A stretch of DNA of 64,000 nucleotides from Eledone cirrhosa (lineage: Eukaryota): the NCBI GenBank assembly GCA_964016885.1, contig OZ024743.1, positions 374,604,001 to 374,668,000 on the forward strand, read 5' to 3'. Position numbers and translations under genes: made by a program. A model generated the notes under the pieces. It saw only the letters and a list, made by a program, of their open reading frames with translations. It did not search any database and was not told the origin of the DNA. Numbering within the stretch: position 1 is the first letter of the stretch; every line of letters starts with the position of its first letter. This document shows positions 1-11,734 of this stretch, piece after piece.

Positions 1-810
1 ATGTACGCATGTATGTATGATTGCATGTATGTATGTGTATGTGTGTGCATGTATGTATGTACGTATGAATGTATGATTGCATGTATGTATGTATGTGTGT
101 GTGTATGCATGTATGTATGTACGCATGTATGCATGATCGCATGTATGTATGTGTGTGTGTGTGCATGTATGTATGTACGTATGTATGTATGATTGCATGT
201 ATGTATGTATGTATGTGTGTGTGTGTGCCTGTATGTATGTACGTATGTATGTATGATTGTATGTATGTATGTGTGTGTGTATGCCTGTATGTATGTACGT
301 ATGTATGTATGATTGTATGTATGTATGTGTGTGTGTATGCCTGTATGTATGTACGTATGTATGTATGATCGCATGTATGTATGTATGTGTGTGTGTGTGC
401 ATGTATGTATGTATGTACGTATGTATGTATGATCGCATGTATGTATGTATGTGTGTGTGCATGTATGTATGTACGTATGTATGTATGATTGCATGTATGT
501 ATGTGCGTGTGTGTGCCTGTATGTATGTACGTATGTATGTATGCATGTATGTATGTATGTGTGTGTGTATGCATGTATGTATGTACATATGTATGTATGT
601 ATGTATGCATGTATGTATGTATGTGTGTGTGTATGCATGTATGTATGTACGTATGTATGTATGCATGTATGTATGTATGTGTGTGTTTATGCATGTATGT
701 ATGTACGTATGTATGTATGCATGTATGTATGTATGTGTGTGTTTATGCATGTATGTATGTACGTATGTATGTATGCATGTATGTATGTATGTGTGTGTGT
801 ATGCATGTAT
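1..810. repeat. Compound (ATGT)n/(GT)n microsatellite
   Basis: Continuous TATG/TGTG/GCAT variants; all ORFs here are MYVC-type repeat translations. Confidence 0.95.
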
Positions 811-858
811 ATATGGAGCCGATGATTACACCTCGAAGTCTGAACACAGCCAAATTCT

Positions 859-899
<41 letters not shown>

Positions 900-905
<6 letters not shown>

Positions 906-1045
906 GACCGCAGTACTGAACTGATACCTTTTTATTGACCTGGAAAGGATGAAAGGCAATGTTGACTTCGTTAGTATTTGACCTGAGCAAGAGCAGTGAG
1001 CCGGAACACACGGCAAAGTATTTCATCCGACCTTCTAATGACTTT
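900..1045 (-). mobile_element. Degenerate tRNA-derived SINE (Nin/Deu-like core)
   Basis: ctgatacctttttattgacctggaaaggatgaaaggcaatgttgac is a diverged reverse-complement copy of the core seen at 1330-1376 and 2710-2775. Confidence 0.65.
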
Positions 1046-1116
1046 GGAAATTTGCCGCCTAAGGTGAACTTGGAAAGTTCCTCTCCAACTCCAAAGTGCA
1101 TGTCTGAGTAAGTTTT

Positions 1117-1184
1117 ATCATCATCATCATCTTCATCACCATCATCTTCATCACCATCATCATCAGCATCATCATCAGCATCAT

Positions 1185-1215
<31 letters not shown>

Positions 1216-1250
1216 CTCATCATCATCATCATCATCATCATTATTATTGT
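1117..1250. repeat. (CAT)n microsatellite
   Basis: Direct reading of the sequence. Confidence 0.95.
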
Positions 1251-1253
1251 ATC

Positions 1254-1390
1254 AGTGGAGTGTCGGACAACATGATTTTCAGCATATAGTTACGCTTCTT
1301 TACGCTCTGTGTTTAAATCCCGCCGAGGTTAGCTTTGCCTTTCATCCTTACGGGGTCGATAAAATAAAGTACCAGTAATTCACTGGTCCA
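1254..1390 (+). mobile_element. tRNA-derived SINE copy (Nin/Deu-like core)
   Basis: B-box-like gtttaaatccc followed by gccgaggttagctttgcctttcatccttacggggtcgataaaataaagtaccag. Confidence 0.75.
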
Positions 1391-1828
1391 AGGTGTCGGT
1401 ACACGCAGTAAGACAGAATCAGAAACAGCATGGTTCAGAAGCGAACTCTTCAGCCATGCAGTAATACCTGTGCTTAATTAGTTATGCCTATTGTTTATTG
1501 TTTAAAGGCATCTGTCTTAAAATGTCGTACCTATTCACTGCAGCTGTCTTATAGTGCGTTCATGCTTTTCCAAGTAACACTAAGTAACTTCCGTTGTAAT
1601 AAACTAAAACTCCTCAGGCAAGATAAGTAGATGTAGAGATTGTTACAGGTGCAACTTTCTTCATAATAATCGATGAATAATGTGAAGGGAAGCATGGAAT
1701 AAAGTTAAGTTATGAGAGACTGCCATCTGTATTGATATTATTCTTCAGACGAATCTAATGCCCTTGAGAAGTACATTCCTCGTTTCTTATAAAATCGAAA
1801 CTCTGTGGTTATTATTAAGTGTTAGAAA

Positions 1829-1968
1829 GGGAGGTGGATTTGCAGTGTCGTGAGAGCGTCGGTCAAATGCTAAGCAGTATTTATTCTAGCTCTTTACCTT
1901 CTCAATTCAAACCCCGAAAACTGAAAAGGACTTTCATCCATCTGGTCGATAAATAAAGTACCAGTCAA
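1829..1968 (+). mobile_element. tRNA-derived SINE copy (Nin/Deu-like core), degenerate
   Basis: ggtggatttgcagtgtcg...attcaaacccc...ctttcatccatctggtcgataaataaagtaccag. Confidence 0.7.
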
Positions 1969-2315
1969 AGTTTTACGATGTAATCGATTCCCCTTTTCCT
2001 ACACTATTGTTCGTGTGCCAATGTTAGAATGTTATTATTAACAGTTATTGTTAGAATATTTCACATGATTCAATGTAGCAATAACTACAATTCTTCAATT
2101 TGAAGCTTCACTGTGAAAACAAAAGAAGTGTTAACACATTTTACTCTATTTCGTCTGTGCACATAATAGATTATTACGATGCGTTTCAGAGATTACTGTC
2201 TTCTCATCAGAAAATAATGACCCCTATGGTTCTGTCAACGGTGGGGTTTAGAGCATAATGGGAACGGTCAATCTAATTTGCATGACGTGCATTCGTATGG
2301 CAACGAAATTAATAC

Positions 2316-2376
<61 letters not shown>

Positions 2377-2665
2377 TAACACAAACACATACACACACAA
2401 ACAGAAAACCAACACCCACTAATCCATACATATATTTATTTGCCATATTACTGAACTTGCTTCTTTAAACATTTATTCAAATTTTAGTGTATATATTTCA
2501 GTATTCATATTGAAAAATCTGACTATTGTGTTGCATAAAAAATCTACGAATATATACATAGAAGGAAGAAAGGCAGAAATATGTATACATAAAGTGACAC
2601 AGATACAGTAGTTTCCTTTACATATATTACAGCCCTACATTTCTAAACATGAGTGATGTAATAAT

Positions 2666-2853
2666 TATTTCTACTTTTGGCACAAGGCCAGCGATTATCC
2701 CAGTGTATTACTGGTACTTTATTTTATCGACCCCGTAAGGACGAAAGGCAAAGTTAACCTCGGCGGGATTTGAACTCAGATCGTAAAGGGCCGTAACTCT
2801 TTTCTGCAAAGCATGGCGTCCGACCCTCTAGCGATACTGCTAAACCACCGCCT
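2666..2853 (-). mobile_element. Full-length tRNA-derived SINE with 16-bp target-site duplication
   Basis: On the - strand: A-box-like TAGCAGTATCG, B-box GTTCAAATCC, and core CTTTGCCTTTCGTCCTTACGGGGTCGATAAAATAAAGTACCAG. Flanked by identical TGAGTGATGTAATAAT at 2650-2665 and 2854-2869. Confidence 0.85.
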
Positions 2854-2936
2854 TGAGTGATGTAATAATGAATGGGGAAGGTTATGATAAAGAGAGTGAA
2901 AGAGAGACGATAAACGAGGAGGAATCAGGGTGTCTA

Positions 2937-2941
<5 letters not shown>

Positions 2942-2993
<52 letters not shown>

Positions 2994-3057
2994 ATACATA
3001 CATACATACATAATACATACATACATACATACATACATACATACATACATACATACA

Positions 3058-3088
<31 letters not shown>
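2942..3088. repeat. (CA)n + (CATA)n microsatellite
   Basis: Direct reading of the sequence. Confidence 0.95.
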
Positions 3089-3089
<1 letters not shown>

Positions 3090-3096
3090 GCTAGCT

Positions 3097-3140
3097 AGCT
3101 GTTGAAACGGTAAGAGCTCAGCCGTCGGGCCTCGACTCTT
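3097..3140 (+). ncRNA. 3' half of a type I hammerhead motif (family B), truncated
   Basis: GAAA(3104)-CGG-taaGAGCTCag-CCGTC: stem III with palindromic loop and GUC site; no CUGANGA upstream (microsatellite instead). Confidence 0.5.
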
Positions 3141-3224
3141 TATAATATACATATATATATATTCTTCAATCTATTACCAATATCAATTTCTATTTGCTGA
3201 ACTGCCAGAAAAGAGATGGAGGAT

Positions 3225-3244
3225 GAGAGAGAGAGAGAGGGGGG

Positions 3245-3334
<90 letters not shown>

Positions 3335-3357
3335 GGAGAAGGAGAGAGAGAGAGAGA
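3225..3357. repeat. (GA)n microsatellite
   Basis: Direct reading of the sequence. Confidence 0.95.
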
Positions 3358-4620
3358 TGATGTGTATTACTATCAGAGAGGGGGACTAAGAGAAAAGGAT
3401 TATTGAGAGTTGGAGAAAGAGAGACACACACCAAGAGCGAGGGCAATGAAAGAGAAGTAGAGAGAATAACACTTTTGAAGTAGATGTGTTATTTGCAGGA
3501 TCTGTTATCCATCATTCAATATACATCCACTAATATCTGTCCATATTAGTAAAGCATACTGAATAAGAGATTTATTCACCAAAACAGTTCATTGCAAAAC
3601 CTTTATCAAGCAAACCTCAACAGTAACGCACAGCTCATCCAATTTCAGGGGAAATAGATATTCTATTTTATTCAATATTTTGTAGTGCGTGTGAAAATAC
3701 ATTGTTATGGGCGTCTTACACTGATATTATAGATATACATATATACACACATACATACATGCATAAATCCAGAGGCATGTAACTACACTCACCACACATA
3801 TTTATAGACGTGTATTTTTTTTTTATCACGAACAAATAAGGAAGAAACTATTTTATTTTATTTTAATGTATTTCAGAAATACATTATACAATAACCATTC
3901 GTGCGAAACCATTTTGCTGGTTTGAGAGCTGATGAAAATGAAAATGTGTGTGCGTGTGTAAACTTGTCTTTTACATCGCTTTTCAGTCACTTCTATGCGA
4001 CAACACACTACTCCTTGTCCTCCTCCCCCTCTTTCAATCTTTTCTATATTTCCTCTGCCTGTCACCCACCTTCTGGATTATCTCTCTGTTCACCACTGGC
4101 CGCTAGTCTCTGTCTTCTGAGGCATTTTTGCCCATCGCTATCTTTGACACTATTTAGCTGTTTGAACGGCTGTTCTAGCGATAAGTTTTCTCATATTTTT
4201 ATTACATAAAAATATGTTTTATTAAAATTCTCTCCATGTTCGTAATCATATTCTCTTGCCTTAATTGTAACTATACAGAGTGTGATCCCTGTTTTATGTT
4301 CAGCATCTTAATGTCACTTTCACTTTACAGCCAGGCAAATATATACCATACATATTTCGATGTGACTTTATCAAAAGTAAATTGTTGGAAAGCCCAGGTT
4401 TCCCACATTGGTAGAATATGATTACGAGCCATACCACAAATGTGACACAACTAAAAGCTTTAATATGGATAATTCTAATACGTGGCCCTGGTCTAAATGT
4501 GGAATGTTAATGTGGCTCTTTCATGCAAAAGGTTGGGGACCTCTACTTTAGACCATCACCATCTAACATGTCAAATATAAATAAATCAGTAAACATAGTA
4601 TAAAATATATAAACAATAAA

Positions 4621-4622
<2 letters not shown>

Positions 4623-4652
<30 letters not shown>

Positions 4653-4918
4653 CTTCTTCTTCTTCTTCTTCTTCTTCTTCGCCCACTTATTCCTGAGAGG
4701 ATGTGGGGACAGAGTCCTCAAAAACTCCTTCCAGTGAGTCCTGTCTGAAGCAACTGTCTCCAACTGATCCGGCTGAATTCCCAAGCGAGACCAGCCAAGC
4801 TCATGGATGTTATCCAAGCATCTTGTTTAGGGTCTACCCTGGGTCTCCTGCCGATTGGCTTTGCCCGTCAAATCTGTCCGGTGATTCATTCCTGAGACAT
4901 TCTAACAACATGCCCTAA
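4623..4918 (-). mobile_element. RTE-clade LINE 3' fragment with (AAG)n tail
   Basis: The - strand reads GHVVRMSQE*...GRRPR.../DNIHELGWSRLGI...VASDRTHW, typical of the RTE RT C-terminus (GHxxRM...GRP...W...A.DR..W), with stops and a frameshift. It ends in (AAG)n, seen as (CTT)n at 4623-4680. Confidence 0.8.
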
Positions 4919-5605
4919 TAAAAACTAATTATATATAAATCAGAAAGTTATATAAACAAGTTTTATTTTATTGTTTTAGTGTGCATTTTATTTATTGTAT
5001 AAATATCAGGTTTGGCCCCAAAATTCAATCACCCCATGAGTAGTTTCATCGATCCTTGGAGGTCAATATCGATCACTTTAAAGACTCCAACCTTACACTA
5101 TTAGCAGCGGTACCATCATGAAATATCCGCCAAAAGACAAACATCAAAACCAGCAACAACAAAACGAAAACAAGAATCTACAACAACAATAGCAACAATA
5201 ACATCATCAAAAGCGAAAACAGCAACAACAACATTAACAACAGCAACAACAACAACTATTACATATCCTTACATTCTTGCCAGGTATCTGATAACTCACT
5301 AAACCCAAATGGCTTCAGAAGGTTATCATTTACGTTTGCTACACTCACACACACATACACACATTCACACACATACACACACATGCACACATATATTTAC
5401 ACACTCACACAAACAAACATAATGCATACACACACACATACACATATATATATATATATATACACACACAAACACACACATATCTACACACACATAGAGC
5501 GGCCGAATGGCACCTTGCCAATCACTGTGTTGAATCACTGACAATGCCAACATCAAGTCAAAAACCAGATTGTCCGAGTCTGAACTGTATCAAGTTACAA
5601 TTCTA

Positions 5606-6291
5606 CTACCTGTTAACCCTTTTGATGTCAAACTATCCGAAACTTCGCCTAGTTTTGACTACCTGTTAACCCTTTTGATGTCAAACTATCCGAAACTTCG
5701 CCTAGTTTTGACTACCTGTTAACCCTTTTGATGTCAAACTATCCGAAACTTCGCCTAGTTTTGACTACCTGTTAACCCTTTTGATGTCAAATTACCAGAA
5801 ACTTTCCCTAGTTTGACTATCTGTTAACCCTTTTGATGTCAAACTACCTGAAATATCCCCTAGTTTTGACTACCTGTTACCCCTTTGATGTCAAACTACC
5901 TGAAATATCCCCTAGTTTTGACTACCTGTTAACCCCTTTGATGTCAAACTACCTGAAATTTCCCCTAGTTTTGACTACCTGTTAACCCTTTTGATGTCAA
6001 ACTACCTGAAATATCCCCTAGTTTTGACTACCTGTTAACCCCTTTGATGTCAAACTACCTGAAATATCCCCTAGTTTTGACTACCTGTTAACCCCTTTGA
6101 TGTCAAACTACCTGAAATATCCCCTAGTTTTGACTACCTGTTAACCCCTTTGATGTCAAACTACCTGAAATTTCCCCTAGTTTTGACTACCTGTTAACCC
6201 TTTTGAAATCAAACTACCTGAAACTTCCCCTAGTTTTGATTAAATGTTAACCCATTTGATGTCAAACTACCTGAAATATCCCCTAGTTTTG
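5606..6291. repeat. 53-bp minisatellite, about 13 copies
   Basis: Unit ctacctgttaaccc(t/c)tttgatgtcaaactacctgaaatatcccctagttttga; starts at 5606, 5659, 5712 and so on. Confidence 0.95.
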
Positions 6292-6490
6292 CCTTACTAA
6301 GCTAGTTATTTTAAATTGTATTTTTTATGGGTCCAGTTAAAATCGTAAGGGTGCCGTTATGATACTCGGTGAGTCAATTCATTCGTCCATCCAGCCATAC
6401 ATACTTGCATACACGAATGCCTGCATACATATATACATACATACTATATGTGCATACATACGTACGTACATACATACATGCATACATATG

Positions 6491-6545
6491 GGTATTCCTG
6501 ATGATTTCATACGAATGAAACAGTTCTAGTACTGTAAAAGTCATA
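6491..6545 (+). ncRNA. Type I hammerhead motif (family A), stem I degenerate
   Basis: CTGATGA(6498-6504)-tttcatacgaat-GAAA(6517)-CAG-ttctagta-CTGTA. Confidence 0.6.
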
Positions 6546-6650
6546 AAATAAAGATGCTTATACTCCACCAACGTTTTGAGTACCTTGTTTAACCGTGGTC
6601 ACCTCCCTATCCATTGTGCGAATCTATCTATTACACACACACACACACAC

Positions 6651-6689
<39 letters not shown>

Positions 6690-6690
<1 letters not shown>

Positions 6691-6735
6691 AGAGTCAGGA
6701 ATCCGACGGCTGAGCTCCGGCCGTTTCGACAGCTA
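6690..6735 (-). ncRNA. 3' half of a type I hammerhead motif (family B), between (TA)n runs
   Basis: - strand GAAACGGC-cgGAGCTCa-GCCGTC. Confidence 0.5.
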
Positions 6736-6770
6736 TATATTATATACCTATCTTTCTATCTATCTTTCTA

Positions 6771-6841
<71 letters not shown>

Positions 6842-7010
6842 ATATATAAAATTTGATCCGAAGTTATTACAAGTGTCCGACGAACCTGCAGATCCAGAAT
6901 CAGACAGATCCACACATTGATCGTGTCTGCCGGCGGAACAATTCAATTGTAACACACAATAAATTTAGTTCAGATGCATCACTGATTTTTCCTTTTATAT
7001 TATATATATA

Positions 7011-7083
<73 letters not shown>

Positions 7084-7195
7084 CTTGATCACCTTGACCG
7101 ACCAGTCTGTCGGGCGCCATTGGGCGCCGCTGGTCACAGCACGTGCTGTTTTAGCCATACGATGACGCCATCCCACTGGCTGGGCTGGCAGGCCG

Positions 7196-7225
<30 letters not shown>

Positions 7226-7228
<3 letters not shown>

Positions 7229-7333
7229 AATGGCTTCTACAGGACTAGAACTGTTTCATTCGGAGGAAATCATCAGGAAAGCACTGATGATTTCTTCCGA
7301 ATGAAGCAGTTCTAGTCCTGTAGAGGCCATTTC
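7226..7333. ncRNA. Inverted pair of family A hammerheads
   Basis: The - strand copy is intact: GCTTTC-CTGATGA-tttcctccgaat-GAAACAG-ttctagtc-CTGTA-GAAGC. The + strand copy (CTGATGA at 7284) has GAAG instead of GAAA. Together they form an approximately 108-bp near-palindrome. Confidence 0.7.
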
Positions 7334-7374
7334 TATATTAAATATTTATACTCTGCTATGTATTGAGAAATTTT

Positions 7375-7679
7375 CACTATAGGGGGTTTAACCCCTATTA
7401 GGGTGTCTTAATATCATTGAAATTTGCTAAAATTTTGTGAAAAGGCATCATATCTTGTCAATTACCTATGCTTTAAATTTCATATAAATCAAAGGGAAAA
7501 GATTTTCAGCGGGGGTTTGTGCCCCCCGGAAACCCTTTGATTAAAATGAAATATACTCATCCAAGTACCCTGGGCAATGTAGTTTCAGAATATATACGGT
7601 TATGTGGGTTTATCTCCAAAACCATAGGAGGAGTTTGTGAACAAACAAACAGACAGGAACCAGAACTTTATATATATAG

Positions 7680-7681
<2 letters not shown>
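7375..7681 (-). mobile_element. Probable non-autonomous Helitron-like fragment (5' end)
   Basis: The - strand begins A|TCTATATATATAAAG...CTGTCTGTTTGTTTG, the typical 5' TC terminus plus (CTGT/TTGT)n of invertebrate Helitron-derived elements. Confidence 0.5.
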
Positions 7682-7729
<48 letters not shown>

Positions 7730-8413
7730 AATATATATTAAATAGTTACATTATATTATTATATGTTTTCTTACATATAAAACACTTGATGAGACAATGT
7801 ATTAAACCTGGACTAGTTGATTGGGTATGGGGGAAGTTAGTTGTTACATTGTAATATAATATTCTCTATAATATTCTCTATAATCTGTATGTCTCAAGCA
7901 GTCTGGTGGTAGTAAGTGTTTAATGTTCTTAATTTTTTCCCTATGTTGGAAGCATTATTCAATAGCACGGACAAAATCACCAGTATAAGACTTGAAGTAG
8001 CACTGAGGTAGTGAAAAACTGCCATAAATTATTTCAGGAGAGTAGAATTATTGACCAACATACCTCAAGTAGTTTCTGAGAAAACGGTTTTATATGAAAA
8101 ATCACAATAACAATAACAACAAAATAATAATAATAAAAATATAATAATGAAGTTAAACACAATTTATGAAAATGCTGTGAGGAAGCAATGACCTAGTACG
8201 AGCGAAAGATGAAAGAGGACAGAAGCACTGACACATTGTATAACCACATTATTAACAACTGAATATTGACAACATATAAAGTATGACTGTTACAAAAATC
8301 TATATATTCTGCTGCCTGTATACACAAGTATATATTAAATAACATGGCCAGAGGCACAATAGATATGGAATACATTTTAGTTTCTTAGTAATAAACTATA
8401 TTAAATAAGTTGA

Positions 8414-8660
8414 AGGTTCGTGGCCTAGTGGTTAGGGTGTTCGGCTCATGATCTTAAGGTCGTGAGCTCGATTCTCGGCGGTGTGTTGTGGCCTTATGGA
8501 AGACGCTTTAATTCACGTTGCTCCAGTTCGCTCAGTTAGCAAGAATGTGGTGTACCTGCAATTCAAAGATGCCAGATCTTGTTACACTCTGAATCTCACA
8601 TCTATGAAATGCTCTGCCATTTGAACGTTAATTTCACCTAGAAGGTTATTCTGAGGCAGT
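8414..8660 (+). mobile_element. tRNA-derived SINE (second family)
   Basis: A-box TGGCCTAGTGG, B-box-like GCTCGATTCTC, then a gtgttgtggccttatggaagacgcttta...gctccagttcgctcag core. Confidence 0.7.
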
Positions 8661-9492
8661 CGTAGGTCTGAACATCTCTTCCATAGAAGGAGAGAGAGAA
8701 TGGCAGAGAGAAAGAGAGAGAAATGGCGAAAAATAGAGCGATATAGGGATAAAGTGAGAAAGAGATATAGAAGAAGAATCAACCCCAATAATAAATTTGT
8801 AATTTTTTCTATCCACCTCGAACTGATGAATGACAAAGTTAACATCGACAGTATTTGAACTCAGAGAACACATAAGAGCGAAGAGAACACGGCAAAGCAT
8901 TCTATCCACTATTCTATTTAAGGTTTTAAAGGCCAAATCATCATCTTTCGCTTTTTTATATATAATCACTATATTTTATGTCTGTTCTTGGTTTTCCTCT
9001 TTCATTTTTGCCATTTATGTTGCTCTTTAGTGACATTTAGCAATGTCACTAAACTACGTTTTCTCTTATTAAGTTTTCCAGAATATTCTAGTTTCCTCAC
9101 TTTGATTTGTGTGTGAGTTTTTCTTGGATTTTACCATTGGTATTATATTCTCTGTTTAATATTTTCAAAAGTCTTCTAACTTAACGACATCTCACTGACT
9201 AATTTATATTATAATACGATTTTTAAATTTAATTTCCATCTCCAGTTAGTCGATGGATAATGTAAATTATTGTAATATTTTTTCTAAATATTTTCTAGTT
9301 TCGATATTAATGTCTTGGGGTTAGTATCTTTGACATTGTTCAACTGGTTTTCTAGCTAAGCTCAACTCGTCTTCCTCACATACATGGAAATTTCCCTGTA
9401 CATCATTAATACACTTTTCACTCGTTAAGAATTATTATATATTCTATAATTAACGCTAATACACGAATAGGCATATTCAATATTTCAATATA

Positions 9493-9571
9493 CAGGGTGT
9501 CCCCTAACAAAGTATACATACTTTAATTAGAATGCTGTTGAAGTGTGTATACATTTTCTTGGGACACCCTG
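9493..9571. mobile_element. Tc1/mariner-type MITE or terminal palindrome
   Basis: TA-CAGGGTGTCCC...GGGACACCCTG-TA; a related partial copy lies at about 24462-24510. Confidence 0.75.
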
Positions 9572-9748
9572 TATTTTGTTTACAATTCAATCACATGCAT
9601 ATTTTATTCAACAATTTTAATAACGCATAGTATTTTTCCCTTAGAAGCATGTTTTCCTATACATGCGAATTTTCTGCAAGCGCATAATATTATTTCTTTC
9701 CATTGACGTTACACTTATTCAATCCTGACCTCGTATCGATCTTTACTT

Positions 9749-9925
9749 TTGCGCTATTGTTTTAACGAAAGAGGTCCAACAGGTTTTTCTGCACCATCTA
9801 AAAAAAAATTAATTTTCCTCAATATCTTTTGTATTATATATATATGGGTGAAGGAAGAAATTTATTGCTCAAAGTCAAAAGCTCTGACTCAATTAGAAGA
9901 ACGGATTCATCATGTACTAACGACC
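9749..9925 (+). pseudogene. Degenerate Tc1/mariner transposase C-terminal fragment
   Basis: RGPTGFSAPS...IWVKEEIYCSKSKALTQLEERI resembles the W-PxSPDL...LWGxLKxxVY...TLxELxxxI motif; it lies next to a Tc1/mariner TIR. Confidence 0.5.
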
Positions 9926-9988
9926 AGCATACTGTATATGTATATGTGCATATATATACATATACACACAAATATATTAATGGATATA

Positions 9989-10023
<35 letters not shown>

Positions 10024-10100
10024 CGAAGGAAAAGTGGTAAGGAACCAGGTGGACCATAACGCACCAAAGTACTCAATACTTGAGGTAGTAGAGTGGGTAA

Positions 10101-10210
10101 TAGGAACCAGTAAGACCCCAACAGCTGAGCTCAAGCCGTTTCGACGGCTAATTCCAGAATTAGCCGTCGAAACGGCTTGAGCTCAGCTGTCGGGGTCTTA
10201 CTGGTTCCTA
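10101..10210. repeat. Near-perfect ~110-bp palindrome of two family B hammerhead 3' halves
   Basis: taggaaccagtaagacccc...gccgtttcgacggctaatt-ccag-aattagccgtcGAAACGGCTtgagctcAGCTGTCggggtcttactggttccta. Confidence 0.8.
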
Positions 10211-10313
10211 TATATATATATATATATATATATACAGGGAGTGTAACTTGGAATTACTGTAGGTTCACCCGGGTGAGCACTCGATGTTTAGGTTCACACA
10301 GAGTGTATTATCA

Positions 10314-10473
10314 TGAAAAGATAACAAGGACGATTGGTTATTCCTTCATTGAATTTATTGGTTGGTGACGGGTAAGATCGATACAGATCGAACCTTGAGC
10401 TGATCAGTAGCGAAACGCGCGTCAACAACCAATAAATGTAATGAAGGAGTAATCAATCGTCCTTGTTATCTTT

Positions 10474-10476
<3 letters not shown>
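10314..10476. repeat. Inverted repeat (~55-bp arms) with a degenerate minimal hammerhead
   Basis: Arms gaaaagataacaaggacgatt...ggtgacg and cgtcaacaacc...cttgttatcttttc; internal CTGATCA-gtagc-GAAAC-GCGC-GTC (G8 changed to C). Confidence 0.6.
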
Positions 10477-10524
<48 letters not shown>

Positions 10525-10760
10525 GGAGAGAGATATAATGTATATGTATATACTGAGCTGTAGAAATGAGTCTATCCAGCTATGGGTTAAATAGCCTCAC
10601 CAACCCGCAATTGGGCAAGCGTGGTGTGTACGGCTACACCCCTGACATGACCAAAACCAAAATAGAAAACGGTGGGTGGAGGTCAATCAGGGAGGAGTTC
10701 CTCCAGTAGGAGTGAATAGGCCCTGGATTAAATATACATTGAGGCTAGTAAAATGAGGTA

Positions 10761-10850
10761 TCCTCTTGATAAGTCGGCAGACCTCGCAAGGACTCTATAT
10801 CTTTATGATGTATTGTTTTTGTTTATGCCACGAAACTACGTAGTCGAGGA
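10761..10850 (+). ncRNA. Type I hammerhead ribozyme, U3-A8 core variant (copy 1)
   Basis: TCCTC-TTGATAA-[GT.GGCA...TGCCAC long stem II]-GAAAC-TACGTA-GTC|GAGGA; predicted cleavage after 10845. Confidence 0.75.
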
Positions 10851-11353
10851 ATCTAGGAGCAGTTTAGGTATGATACATTTTATTACTAATTATATCTAAA
10901 TGTTTCTTCTCTCTTCATAATGTATTTTTAACTCTGATACTGGTTCAGTCTGGTTCAACCGGATTGGTCTGTCCCAGTCATTCATTGAGCAACATCGGTG
11001 AGGTTGGCACCCTTAACTCACGGTTAGGTGTGGATACATTCATGTATATGTGTGTGTCCGCATATATCTGTGTGTTTCTAAATATATTGTTAATAACTCC
11101 CTCTGGTCGAGTGATCTTTGAAGTGTGGTGACTGCTGGAAAGCTGCCATTACTCATACTTCTCGCCTCCTTCACCACCTCTTCTACGGCTTCGATATAAA
11201 TACCCCCTCCGCCTCCGTGGTATTTTCTTCGGGGTTATAAGAGGCTTAGCTCTGTTTCTCGACCGTTATATCGCGTGACTATCTCCCCCTCCGCCTTTTG
11301 GGATTCTTTCTCACGTCGTGTAGACGCGTTCTTGAGGCTAGTAAAATGAGGTA

Positions 11354-11443
11354 TCCTCTTGATAAGTCGACAGACCTCGCAAGGACTCTATATCTTTATG
11401 ATGTATTGTTTTTGTTTATGCCACGAAACTACGTAGTCGAGGA
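11354..11443 (+). ncRNA. Type I hammerhead ribozyme, U3-A8 core variant (copy 2)
   Basis: Same as copy 1 with one stem II substitution; predicted cleavage after 11438. Confidence 0.72.
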
Positions 11444-11649
11444 ATCTAGGAGCAGTTTAGGTATGATACATTTTATTACTAATTATATCTAAATGTTTCT
11501 TCTCTCTTCATAATGTATATATATATATATATATTAGTTAAGTATGTAACAACAGTTACAGGCGGCGCGCCGTTCCAAGCACACCATGCTGTTACGAGGT
11601 CCGTTTCGTTTAGGTTGTATTCCACACACACACACACCCCACCCCACCC

Positions 11650-11734
<85 letters not shown>

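Larger units (their letters stand above)
10739..11518 (+). mobile_element. Retrozyme-like / non-autonomous PLE unit: two 187-bp direct repeats (10739-10925, 11332-11518), period 593 bp
   Basis: The repeats are identical except one G/A; each contains a type I hammerhead; the spacer has no recognisable ORF; the right end abuts (TA)n. Confidence 0.75.

Noticed and set aside
8414-8490. tRNA gene
   Set aside because: A and B boxes are present, but there is no closing acceptor stem and it continues into a SINE body
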